From contig CAVVMW010000018.1 of assembly GCA_963749495.1 (NCBI GenBank), positions 62,240 to 126,239 on the forward strand: a DNA stretch of 64,000 bases, written 5' to 3'. Under the pieces are notes generated by a model, which saw only the letters and a program-made list of their open reading frames with translations, did not search any database and had not been told where the DNA came from. Shown in pieces: positions 8,421-18,411 of this stretch (positions are counted from its first letter, which is position 1; every line of letters starts with the position of its first letter). The position numbers and the translations under genes are program-made. Source of the DNA: an uncultured bacterium (GTDB lineage: Bacteria > Verrucomicrobiota > Verrucomicrobiia > Limisphaerales > UBA8199).

Positions 8421-11400
8421 AATCCTGGGTGACTCGGAGCCGGTAGAGGCGGCCGTTGGCGCCTAGGGGATCGGTGAAGGTAATCGGCCCATCGGTGCCG
8501 GGAATCTGGTCCTGGAGGGTGGTCCAGGCATTGGTTTGGCCGATCTGGTCCAGTGTCTCTACAGCGTAAGTGCGGCCGGCGTGGGCTGTGAACTCGAGGA
8601 CACAGTTCGCGCCCTGGAGCGAGATGCGGTCAAAGCGCAGGAAATCCCGGGGATCCAGGGGGTCGGTGCCGGCAATCAACTCGAATTCATCGGGCATCCC
8701 GTCGTGGTCGGTATCCACCGTGAAGGCGCCCTGGTTGATGGCGCCGGGGGTGGGGCTGGCGGCTTGCCAGTTGGCGGGGTCATCCGCAAAGACCGCGCTG
8801 GACAGGCGCTGGAGAGAATTGCCGGTCTGCTGGGCGCCCGCCGGCCACGGCGGCTGGCTCGAATAGTGAACTTCCTCGACGAGCACTTTGGGCACCGACC
8901 CGGCCATGAGCGAGGGCGGCGCCACCGGCTTGCCGGGCTGATAGAGCCCCACGCCCGGACCCTCGTTAGCCAGGTCTCCCTGGAAAGGACCAAAGAGGGG
9001 AAGACTGGCATCGACGCCAAAGCGCTGCCGGAACCAACTCGACCTGGCCGGATCCTGGATGGGATCGAAGCTCACCACCAGCAGGTAGGACCAGGGGGAC
9101 ATCGAACTCCATCGCGGGAAGACATATTGCGCCGCGCCGTCAAGCTGCCAGGCATTGGTGGGATAGGCCGGGTCGTATAGCGGCACGGACTGGCCGGAAA
9201 TGTTCCTTAGCTCGACGTACTCGTCGTCGGTATCGGGCGCCAGCCCAAACGGCGGCGGTGAATACATGAGCTCGTTGATAACCACTGGGCCGACCCTGGG
9301 GCCGAGTTGGCGCAGCCCAAGGTGTTGCTCCGTTGGGCCACGAAATGCTCGAGGCCGTCACTGGACACGTAACGGCCAAACGTGACCCCTTTGAGTTGCG
9401 CCCCAAACGAGAACCCGTGCCGGTAGCCCGTGAGATTCGTGCCGTCGCCCGAGAAGAGATAAACCGCGTCGCCGAGCGAGGCTCAAAGCGAAGCTGTTGG
9501 ACCCGTTAAGTCCGAACTGGTAGCGGTCGAAGAGCGCGTATCCGCCGGCAGGAATCGTGGTGCCGGGCGGTGTGCAGTACTTGGCCGGGCGCTTGAGGTT
9601 GTCGGTGAGAAACCAACCGCCGATTGAGGCGGGAGCGGTCGTGGGGTTGTAGAGCTCGATGGTGTCCACCGCTGGGGCTTGGGGATGCGACAGGGCCTCG
9701 TTGACGACCACCGGCGGGATGAGTTGCGGGGCGGGATCGGCCTGGCCGGGGGAGCCGCCGGGCAGGGTGCTGGCCCGCCAACTCGCCGGGTTGCTCCAGG
9801 TGTCCAGCGGGGCGTATTCGTTGCGAATGACCAGCGAGAAGCCCGCGCCGTCAGCAGCCGGATACCATGCGCTGTCGAAGGGGAAGTCCAGGATCGGTTC
9901 CCGGCGCGGGCCTTCGAGATAGATGCGCCCGCTGCCCTGGCCCAACGAATTGGTGTATTGACCGGCGAGGTTGGTGACCCAGGGATAACGCGAGAGGAAG
10001 GCCTGCTGATTTCCGGCCAGCACCAGGTACTGGCCCGGGCCGAGGTTGGTGATGGCGCTGGCGGCGGTGAACGTGAACTCGATGCCGTTGGTGAACCGGA
10101 AGCCCGCCAAGGCGAGGGGGTTGCTGCCGACGTTCTTGAGTTCGATGAACTCGAACTGGGTGCTGTCGTTGGCGCCGGAGGTGTCCGGGGCCGGTTGGCA
10201 CATGATCTCGGTAACGGCCAGCGGCGGGGTGGCGACGATGAAGGTGGCGGCCGCAGGCCCGGACCAGGAACTGCTGATCCGCGGGTTGCCTTGGCCGGTG
10301 AGATTATGATGGGCGGCGTTCCAGTTGCGGGCGAAGACGCGCGCATTATTGGTGAGCGTGAGGCTGGCGATGTTGAGGTTGGACAAGGCCGCCGGTGACA
10401 CGCCGCCTCCGGGCAGCCGCGGGTCGGTGCCGTCCAATGTGTAATAGAGGGTGCTGTTGGCCTCGCGGGTCGAGGCGGTGAGCGTCAAGGTGAAGCCGGA
10501 GGTGATGGCGCCGCCGTTGACGCTGAACACGGGGGCGTGCAGGAAGTTGGTATCGATGAAGTTCAGCCGGTTGGCGGTCCAGGTTTTCAACGTGCTGATT
10601 TGCTGCTGGTAGCCGGACCCGTAGCCCCAGCGCTGGGCCTCACGCGGCGCGGCTTTGGTGAACTGGCGGCTCAGGCTGTCCATCACCGCGTTGATGTGGT
10701 CCGTGGTGAGCACGCGCGAACGCAAGTCCGTCCAACGGTCAATCCACCGCTGCCAGAAGTCCGGGTCGGTGAACAGCCGCGACCACCACCGCACGCCGTC
10801 GCCGTTGTTCGAACCATTGAAAAAGTCCGTGCCGCCGCTCCTCCACTGGCGAGGGTCGCCCCCCAGCGTCAGGTGCAGGTCCCACATCGGCCCCATCTCG
10901 ATTTTCTTCTCGCGGTCCTTGAAAAAGAAGCCGCTCAGCCGAAAGGCGTCCACATTCTGCACGAAGCATTCCAGGAGGTGATGATCGATCCACGAGTCCA
11001 CATCAATGTAGTCGGCGTAACCGCCGGGCGAATTGGTGTAATTGGCGCCCCAGAGCGCCGCGCCAAACTGGGCGAAGTAGTTGCTGATATAGGTGAGTTG
11101 GGGCAGGCGCGCGGCACTGGCCATCTGCAGGTGCGGCGGGTCAACAAAGACGATGGGATTCTGCGAATAGGCATCGTAAAAGGTCGTTTCCTCCGAGCCG
11201 TAGCTGTCGATCTTGAGCAGGTAGCCGCCCGTCACGGTTGGGGGCGTCGAGTTCTGAGGGTGGAGCTTGGTAATGTCAACCCGGTTTGTCCCCCGCTTTA
11301 TCTTTTCCTCGATGGTGTAGAATCCCCAGTAGTCGCCCCCCGCCGGCGCCGTGAACGCGACCGGCCCGCCGTTGGTGTTGAAGAAGCACTCGGCGAACCG

Positions 11401-12663
11401 GGTGCGGGCCGAGTAGCGGCCCACGTCGCGGCTGAGCTGGTGAATGAGCGCGTTGCGGATGAGGGAGTAGTCGATGAAATCCGGGGGGTACAAGACCCAG
11501 TCCGAATCGGCGGGCAGGCCGAGGAATTCCAACTTGTTGTTGGCGTTGTAATCGTCCCAAAACTTGAGCGAGAGCGGCCATTGGGGCAAACCCCCTGTGA
11601 TGCGGCCTCGGGTGTGGAGGCCCGCGCGGGTCACCAGCGCCGGCGGATTGGTGAGGGAGGCGACGCCATTGACGGGCTCGAAGACCATGAGAATCGCGCT
11701 CTGGCGCACAAATCCCGCACCCATCGGCACTCGCCCGCCCCCGAGGTTATGGAACAACATGATCGGCAAATCGGAGGTAAAGCTCGCGGCTGCCGGAGTG
11801 AGTTGCACGTAGCTCTCGGCGTGGACCGGACCGGGAAAGAATCCGCCCTGTCTCGGGAAGGCCCGCGCCGCGACCAGCGCGGCGTTGGTGAGCTGGATCG
11901 GTCCGGTGTAGAGGGGGGAACTGGCCGTGGGGATATTCGTCCGCGCGATGGAACCGGCAGGCACGTTATTGGTCACCACCAGGAACCGGATGTCGCAATT
12001 GGGGTCCGCCGTGGACAATGCCAGGGTGAAGCCGGCGAGGAAGGCGCCGCTGGCCCTCGAGAATTCAATGGCCGACCCGAAGCCCGGACCGCACGTGGCG
12101 TTCGGGGCGCCCGGCGTCGGGTTGAGGAAGTATCCGACCAGCGATGGGTCCAGGCGGTCGCGCCCATACGAGACGTCTGCCTGTTGCGGAGGGTAGGATG
12201 GGGCAAAGTCCGAAACGACGTTGGTGCCGTCATCGACCAGCGCCAGAAAGTCCCCGCTGGCCGCCAGCTTGAAATTCGTGTGGAGTTGGCCCGCCACGTT
12301 CGTGTCCCGCCCCGAGGCAAAGACCACCAGGTAGCCGCCGGCCGGCAGCAGCGTGGGCGGAAACGGCCACTTCGTGAGCTTGTTCGCGTTGTCGGTCAGG
12401 AACCAACCGGTCAGGCTCGCATCGGTGGCGCCCGCATTGCAGATCTCGATCCAGTCCGGGCTGTTGCCGAGTTCGTCGTGGACGGCATTCGCCGGCTTGC
12501 CGCTGTTGGACGCCATGAACTCGGAGATGAACACGTCGGGTGCGCCGGCCAGGGCCAAGGCGCCGCCGCCCAGGAGAACCGTCAGGGCGCCCACCGCCGC
12601 CAGGCACGCCCGGTTGCTTCTGAACTGAGTTCCAAATCCCTGGCGCCATCGAGTGAGCATCAT
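8419..12663 (-). CDS. CotH-family protein with multiple lamin-tail (LTD) domains; apparently one gene broken by two compensating frameshifts
   Basis: ATGATG at 12663 is followed by a signal peptide. LTD motifs (ISEFMASN, VVNEALSH, VINELMYS) and a CotH core are present. ORFs 9358-13083 and 8419-9285 share a frame. Between about 9475 and 9310 the homologous reading (SLGDAVYLFSGDGTNLTGYRHGFSFGAQLKGVTFGRYVSSDGLEHFVAQRSNTLG) is in another frame. Confidence 0.75.
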
Positions 12664-12806
12664 CACGTCCTTCCAATTCTGCCGAAGCAAGCCCCTGGAC
12701 CCGTTCCAGGAGAGCGTGCTTGACCGGGTTTTTACCAAAAAGCGCCCTCCGTGTGAAGTGTGCGTTTGGGGGCACACCCCGCTAGGGCCCATCCTGACAG
12801 TCCCCC

Positions 12807-12918
12807 CGGAGTGCGCCCGTCCCCGGGCGCAGCGACGTCCGGAGCCAGCGCAGCGGTCAAACGCTCCACCGCGCCTGCTCGCCCCGTCGCTGCTGCGCCC
12901 GGGGACGGGCGCACTCCG
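12807..12918. repeat. Family-4 foldback repeat (about 110 bp)
   Basis: Perfect 26-bp arms GGAGTGCGCCCGTCCCCGGGCGCAGC / GCTGCGCCCGGGGACGGGCGCACTCC. Copies at 24151, 56027 (split) and 57790. Confidence 0.9.
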
Positions 12919-12967
12919 CTCGCCCTCGGCGGTGGGGGCAATGCCGGGATGCGCCTGCCCCTGCGGA

Positions 12968-13139
12968 GCGCGCGACAGAATTCTTCGGATGCACGATGGA
13001 ACCGGCGGTGCGTGCTCTGGACGCCAAAGGCGTCGTTCATACCAGCCCAGGGCAACGCCCTGGGAACAGCCGCCAATAGTCATCTGGATCGCTGAAAGCG
13101 CGATTCATCCTCCCGGAGGCTTATGAGGCAGGCCGTTGG
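12968..13139. repeat. Family-5 foldback repeat, left half (interrupted)
   Basis: Colinear with 63090-63250 up to ...GAGGCAGGCCGTTGG, then homology stops at 13139. Confidence 0.9.
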
Positions 13140-13145
13140 TCAAGC

Positions 13146-13451
13146 TTGCCAACTACGCCTGATTGCGACGATCTGGCACAGGTCTTTCGCATCACGCACC
13201 CCTATCACCCGCTCCGTGGCCGGGGGTATAGACTACTGCGCCGCGGACAGGGCTGGGGAGATCGTCGGGTCTGGTTCCATGATGACGCCGGACAGTTGAT
13301 TTCATTGCCTGAAGCCTGGACCAGCCTGGGACCGGCCGACCCGTTTGTGACCCTCTCGCAGGGGCGCGCTTGCGCACGGGTGGAAGACCTGCTTGGGCTG
13401 GCGCAACTGGTGGCGGACTTAAGCCGCAACGATGTAAAGGGGAATATGTGA
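13146..13451 (+). CDS. Small protein resembling the DUF5372 / Y4bD-Y4pK family (from memory)
   Basis: FRITHPYHPLRGRGYRLL...RVWFHDDAGQLISLPEAWTSLGPADPFV. Only a TTG start is available in the integrated state, 6 nt inside the element end. Confidence 0.55.
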   Translation: MPTTPDCDDLAQVFRITHPYHPLRGRGYRLLRRGQGWGDRRVWFHDDAGQLISLPEAWTSLGPADPFVTLSQGRACARVEDLLGLAQLVADLSRNDVKGNM

Positions 13452-13538
13452 ATGCTGTAAAGAAGAATATGTGTAATGATTTTGGGGTGTGGGCGGTTGA
13501 TGTGCATTGTTACGCCTATAATAAGGCAAATAATAGGG

Positions 13539-13568
13539 TTGACACGGAGCCGGAGACGCCACTATACT
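13539..13568 (+). promoter_or_regulatory. Sigma70-like promoter inside the element (TTGACA-18-TATACT)
   Basis: TTGACA at 13539-13544 and TATACT at 13563-13568, in the only AT-rich stretch of the element, 39 nt upstream of ATG 13607. Confidence 0.5.
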
Positions 13569-13606
13569 CACATAAACTAGTTCACATAAGCCCACCCCCA
13601 TCCTTT

Positions 13607-14110
13607 ATGCCAACGGCTCCATCCCACGACGCCAAGCACCAAGCCCTCCAAACCAGCCATACCCTGCATCCCCACCCCGACAAAGTCCGCCACCCCCTCT
13701 TTGTCCCCGGCGGCTTCTTTGATGCCCGCGACCTCCTTCAAGTCAAATATGAGGCCCTGCGCGCCCTCCGCGCCGAAGGCTGGTCCTTGAGCCGCGCCGC
13801 CCGAGATTTCGGGCTGTCGCGACCCACGGTTTACCAAACCAAACACCTCTTCGCCCTCCAGGGCCTGGAGGGTCTGGTGCCTCGCAAGCCGGGACCCAAA
13901 ACCGCTCATAAATTCACCCCCGAGGTTTTGGGCTTTCTCCAAGCCAGGCGCGCCCAGCAACCGGCGATCTCGGCGGAGCAGTGGGCCCGACAGGTCCAGC
14001 AACGCTTCCGGCTCACCATCCATCCCCGGAGCATTGAACGCGCCTTGGTTGGCCACCAAGAAAAAAGGGGGCGACACAACCCACCGCCCTCAACACCCCA
14101 AAATCCATGA
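13607..14110 (+). CDS. Helix-turn-helix domain protein of the recombinase element
   Basis: WSLSRAARDFGLSRPTVYQTKHLF is an HTH. Stop overlaps the next start (ATGA). Confidence 0.7.
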   Translation: MPTAPSHDAKHQALQTSHTLHPHPDKVRHPLFVPGGFFDARDLLQVKYEALRALRAEGWSLSRAARDFGLSRPTVYQTKHLFALQGLEGLVPRKPGPKTAHKFTPEVLGFLQARRAQQPAISAEQWARQVQQRFRLTIHPRSIERALVGHQEKRGRHNPPPSTPQNP

Positions 14111-14385
14111 CCGACCTCAGCTCGCCACAATGGCCCCAACGCTACGAGGATTTGCGCGCGCACACCCTGGGCTCCCAGGCCACGCTCCACCCCCAAGCCT
14201 GGGCATGGGTGGTGTTCGCCCAGCAGGGTATGCGTGGCTGGATGCGCGCCTGGCAGGATCCGCTGCGCCCTGCCGGCCAGCGGGCCCAGCCAGCCCCCAC
14301 CCTCAATCCCTCGCTCAACACCAGCCCCCAGGCCACGGTGCTTCTAGCCAACAGGACCCTGCGTTGCCTGGGCCTTTCTTTATGA
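14107..14385 (+). CDS. Hypothetical protein of the recombinase element (92 aa)
   Basis: Translationally coupled on both sides (ATGA overlaps at 14107 and 14382). Confidence 0.5.
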   Translation: MTDLSSPQWPQRYEDLRAHTLGSQATLHPQAWAWVVFAQQGMRGWMRAWQDPLRPAGQRAQPAPTLNPSLNTSPQATVLLANRTLRCLGLSL

Positions 14386-16425
14386 ACCCCGAACCCAAAG
14401 TCACCCCCGAGCATCTGAAACGAACCGCTTGCCTTTGCATGCGCCAGTCCACCTTGCGGCAGGTGCTCGAGCATGGCGAAAGCGCCCGCCGTCAATGTGC
14501 GCTGCGGCAACGCGCCGTGGCGCTGGGCTGGGGTGAAGGCCAAATCATCGTGGTGGACGGCGACACCGCCCATAGCGCTGCTTGCGCCGCCGGCCTGGCA
14601 GGACTTCCAGCAACTGGTGGCCGAGGTGGGCTTGGGTCATGCCGGTCTGGTGATGGGCTTGGAGGTTTCGCGTCTGGCCCGTAACTGCAGCGACTGGCAC
14701 CGGCTCCTGGAGTTGTGCGCGCTGAGCAATACCCTCATCCTGGACGAGGAGGGCCTCTATGACGCCAATCAGTTCAATGACCGCCTGCTGCTGGGCTTGA
14801 AAGGCGCCATGAGCGAAGCGGAGTTGCACCTCATCAAAGGCCGGCTCCAAGGGGCGATTCTGAGCAAGGCCCGGCGTGGCGAGTTGAAGTTGCCCTTGCC
14901 CTCAGGGCTGGTTTACAGCCCCGATGAGCGGGTCATCTTGGACCCGGACCAGCAGGTGCAGCAGGCGGTCAAACACTTCTTCCAGAGTTTTGGGCGTGCC
15001 GGCTCGGCCAGGTCCACAGTGCAACTTTTTCGGCGCCAAGCCCTGCTGTTTCCTCACCGCCACCAGGCCGGCTCGGGCGAGCTGCAGTGGGACCCACTCA
15101 CGCAGTCCCGAGCGTTGGCGGTGCTCCGCAATCCGGGGTGTGCGGGCGCCTATGCCTTCGGCCGCACGCGGACGCGTCACACGCCCCAGGGCGGGGTCAG
15201 TTGCCGGCGCTTGCCGGCCGACCAATGGCGAGTGCTCATTAAAGACGCCCACCCGGCTTACATTACCTGGGAGCAGTACGAGCAAAACGTGCAACGGATC
15301 CGCAGCAATGCCCAGGCCTATGGAGCCGACCGCAGGCAAAGTCCCGCCCGAGAAGGTTGCGCGCTGCTCCAAGGACTGGTCCTGTGCGGCCGTTGCGGGG
15401 GGCGCATGACCGTGAATTACCACCAGCGCCAGGGCCGGCCGGTGCCCGCTCACCTCTGCCAACGCCAATGCCTTGAGAGCGGAAAAACCCTCTGCCAGTA
15501 CATACCTGGGCCTGCCATTGACCAGGCGCTCAGCAAGCTGGTTCTGGAAAGCGTGGCGCCGCTTTCCCTGGAGGTCGCTTTGAACGTGCAACAGGAGCTC
15601 CAAAACCGCCTGCAGGACGTGGATCGTCTGCGCCAACAACAAGTCCAGCGGGCCAGTTATGAGGCGGAGCAGGCCCAGCTTCGCTACATGCGCGTGGACC
15701 CCAACAACCGCCTGGTGGCCAACACTTTGGAGGCGGATTGGAACAACAAACTGCGCGCCTTGACCCAGGCCCAACAGGAATACGAGAAGCACCGCCAGAC
15801 TGACCAGCACAAGCTGAGCGAAGAGCAACGGGCACAAGTGCTGAACCTGGCCTGCGACTTCCCCAAATTATGGCAGTCACCCACCACCACCGACAAGGAC
15901 CGCAAACGCATGGCCCGATTGCTCCTGGAGGATGTAACCCTGCTGCGCGGCCAGGATCTGAGCGTGCAAGTCCGTTTCAAGGGCGGCGCCACCCGGTGCT
16001 TGAACCTGCCACTGCCCCTCAGGGGTGGCCAAGCGCGCCTCACCGAACCGGGGCTCTTGCACGAGATCGACCAGTTGCTGGATCAGTTTACCGAAGCACA
16101 ACTGGCGGCGCAGCTTAACCAGAGGGGCTGTTGCTCTTCGCTCAAGCGCCCGTTCTCGGCGAAACTCGTTGGAAGCTTGTGCCGCTGCCACCATTTCAAG
16201 ACCCGCCACCAACGGTTGCAGGACAGAGGGCTCTTGGATTCGCGCGCCATCGCGGCGTTGATCGGCACCAGGCCCAACCTGGTGGGCTATTGGCGCCAGC
16301 AAGGCTTGCTCCAGGGAGTCCTGCTGAATGAAAGGAATGAATATATGTATGAACGGCCGGGTCCGCAAGTAGTCGAACAAATCAAAATGCGCGTTCGTTT
16401 GAAACCCACCGAGGCCCAGTCTTAG
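14382..16425 (+). pseudogene. Large serine recombinase (resolvase/invertase N-domain plus large C-terminal region) with an apparent +1 frameshift near 14590
   Basis: The N-terminal part RTACLCMRQSTLRQVLEHGESARRQCALRQRAVALGWGEGQIIVVDGD is in the frame of ORF 14034-14684. The continuation FQQLVAEVGLGHAGLVMGLEVSRLARNCSDWHRLLELCALSNTLILDEEGLYD runs on in the frame of ORF 14473-16425. Confidence 0.8.
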
Positions 16426-16465
16426 ATCGCCCTAATGAGTGTGCAGTATGAAACCTTCGCTTTGG

Positions 16466-16572
16466 CCTGCAATAGAGAATGTGCGATGGACCCAGGGCGG
16501 CGGCCCGCCTGCGCTGCGCTCCGGCGGGCCTTGCCCTGGGCTGGTATGATTCAGGCCTTCGGCCTGAACGCC
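16466..16572. repeat. Family-5 foldback repeat, right half (interrupted)
   Basis: CCTGCAATAGAGAATGTGCGATGGACCCAGGGCGG...CCTTGCCCTGGGCTGGTATGATTCAGGCCTTCGGCCTGAAC, colinear with 63254-63363. Confidence 0.9.
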
Positions 16573-16884
16573 AGAGTGCCAACCCCAGGCCCGGCATCAG
16601 GGAGAGCACCAAGCGACGTATATATGGGCCCCACATACGTAGGCACCATGAATCCGCGCAAATCACAGGGTTCGAAGGATTTCGTCATGCACCCCCGCGC
16701 CCGGCCTCCAGGGGGCTTCCCGACACTGCCCCCGCTCCCCGGAGCGCGCTGAATAAAAAGGCCGTCGGCTCCGACTATAGGGTAACGACAAGCAGAGCGC
16801 GGCGAGATGCGCAGATCTCTGAGATCTCACCGCACTTGACCCCGGGCAGGCGCCTGGATAGCATCGGACCGCATAGGTGAGAAA

Positions 16885-17769
16885 ATGAGCGCGACGAATC
16901 TTTTCTCTCGCCTTCGGGCAGGGCTCTCCGGCAGCAGATCGCCATCTCCATGCCGGTTCTCAAGCGCACATCGCATCGCCGGCTTCACACTGATCGAACT
17001 GCTGGTGGTCATAGCCATCATCTCAATCCTGGCCAGCATGTTGCTTCCGGCGCTGGTCCGCGGCAAAGAACGGGCGCGGGAGGTCCAGTGTCTGAATAAC
17101 CTGCACCAAATCGGGTTGTTGACCAAGATGCTTTGGGACGATGCGGGCGGGAAGATGACTTATGTCTCGGGCGGGCGCGATCCTGTGACCGCGTGCCTGG
17201 CGACCAATTACGGCTGGGCGCGCGACCGGAAGCTCTTCCCCTATCTGAGGACCTCCGAGGTGTTCCGTTGTCCGGTGGACAAAGGGAAGATCAGCCAGGA
17301 TTGCCATCTCCACCCTGCGCAAACGTTGCTGCCCTCCTGCTGGGAGACGCGCGGGTTCAGCTACGAGATGAACCTGGGCACGCCCGACGGGATACCCCTC
17401 CCTTCCACGCGCCTGCCCGTGGCGGGGAGCATCGAGGGCCAGGTCGAGGCCTGGGTCCCCTACCCGGTGCGGTTCATCCTGTTTTACGAACCGCCCGCCG
17501 CGGTGCAGGTCTGTCATGCACGGCCCCCGCTCTTCCCGCCGCATTGGTACCAGTGGCACCGCGGCCGCGTCCTGAGCCGCTTCCTGGACCCGCGCCTGGC
17601 CCCCGGCCTGTTTTTTTCGCCGATCCTGTTTATGGACGGACACGCCAAAGTCCACAATTTCACGCAGGCGCTGTGCACCGATCCCTACTATCCCTACGAG
17701 GCGACCCGGGACTGGATGTGGTACAAGCCTCTCCAGCAAACGGCGAGCGCGGCCAACAGCCAGCCATGA
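16885..17769 (+). CDS. Prepilin-type N-terminal cleavage/methylation domain protein (pseudopilin-like)
   Basis: [25 protein letters not shown] motif; 294 aa. Confidence 0.85.
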   Translation: MSATNLFSRLRAGLSGSRSPSPCRFSSAHRIAGFTLIELLVVIAIISILASMLLPALVRGKERAREVQCLNNLHQIGLLTKMLWDDAGGKMTYVSGGRDPVTACLATNYGWARDRKLFPYLRTSEVFRCPVDKGKISQDCHLHPAQTLLPSCWETRGFSYEMNLGTPDGIPLPSTRLPVAGSIEGQVEAWVPYPVRFILFYEPPAAVQVCHARPPLFPPHWYQWHRGRVLSRFLDPRLAPGLFFSPILFMDGHAKVHNFTQALCTDPYYPYEATRDWMWYKPLQQTASAANSQP

Positions 17770-18359
17770 GCGCCACTCTGGAAAACGCGGCAACCATCCG
17801 CGAACAGCATCTGCAGACACTGGCGCCGTTCTGCCGCGCCCTGGACCAGGCCCTGAGCGCGCAGGAACTGCCCCCGGACCAGGCACTCGACATCTGGCGC
17901 ACAAATGTGAGCGGCGTGTGTGTGTGCTGCGGCACCATCATCTCCGGCGACGACCTGTTCGGGCTGTCGCAGACGCTGGAGGGTCCGTATCCCAGCGCCC
18001 CGCTCCAGCGGCTGAGCCTCGGCTATTGCCCGCACCCCGGGTGCGAATCCTTTTTCTGCCGGCTGACGTTCCGCAAACACGAGAAGGTCGATTGGCCGGC
18101 GTTGCTCGAGCGGGCCGAGGCCCTCATGGGGGAACCCGGAAGACCGGCCGGAAAGCTGCGGGCGGCGGATTACCTCAAAGGCTTCTTGAGCCTGGGCCTG
18201 ACGCGCCGGATCGGCATCGGCCTGGCGCTGCTCATCGTGTTGCTCCTGGTCCGGCAATGGTACGGCGGCGGGCGCATCCCCTGGGTTCGCGAACCGGAGC
18301 GATTCCGCGTGGATCCGGCACCGGAGACCAACGAGCCTGCCGAGCATGGCGCGCACTGA
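17766..18359 (+). CDS. Hypothetical Cys-rich, single-TM protein coupled to the pseudopilin gene
   Basis: ATG 17766 overlaps the upstream stop (ATGA). Has CVCCG...[12 protein letters not shown] cysteines and a TM segment [14 protein letters not shown]. Confidence 0.55.
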   Translation: MSATLENAATIREQHLQTLAPFCRALDQALSAQELPPDQALDIWRTNVSGVCVCCGTIISGDDLFGLSQTLEGPYPSAPLQRLSLGYCPHPGCESFFCRLTFRKHEKVDWPALLERAEALMGEPGRPAGKLRAADYLKGFLSLGLTRRIGIGLALLIVLLLVRQWYGGGRIPWVREPERFRVDPAPETNEPAEHGAH

Positions 18360-18411
18360 GGGGCCGCAGAACACGCGCAAGACGCAGAATCCCGAACGTG
18401 GAAGTTGACGT

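Larger units (their letters stand above)
13136..16465 (+). mobile_element. Integrated four-gene large-serine-recombinase element (3,326 bp counting one TTGG core)
   Basis: Splits a family-5 repeat whose uninterrupted copies exist at 63090-63363 and 35399-35572. TTGG is present at both junctions (13136-13139, 16462-16465). Carries four co-directional ORFs, the last three coupled by ATGA overlaps. Confidence 0.85.

Noticed and set aside
7557-8432. Many 60-130-aa ORFs inside repeats, with peptides containing [28 protein letters not shown] or VATPDGSRGL
   Set aside because: They recur wherever the corresponding repeat occurs, on both strands, and follow repeat boundaries rather than gene-like structure. 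They are translation artefacts of palindromic repeats.
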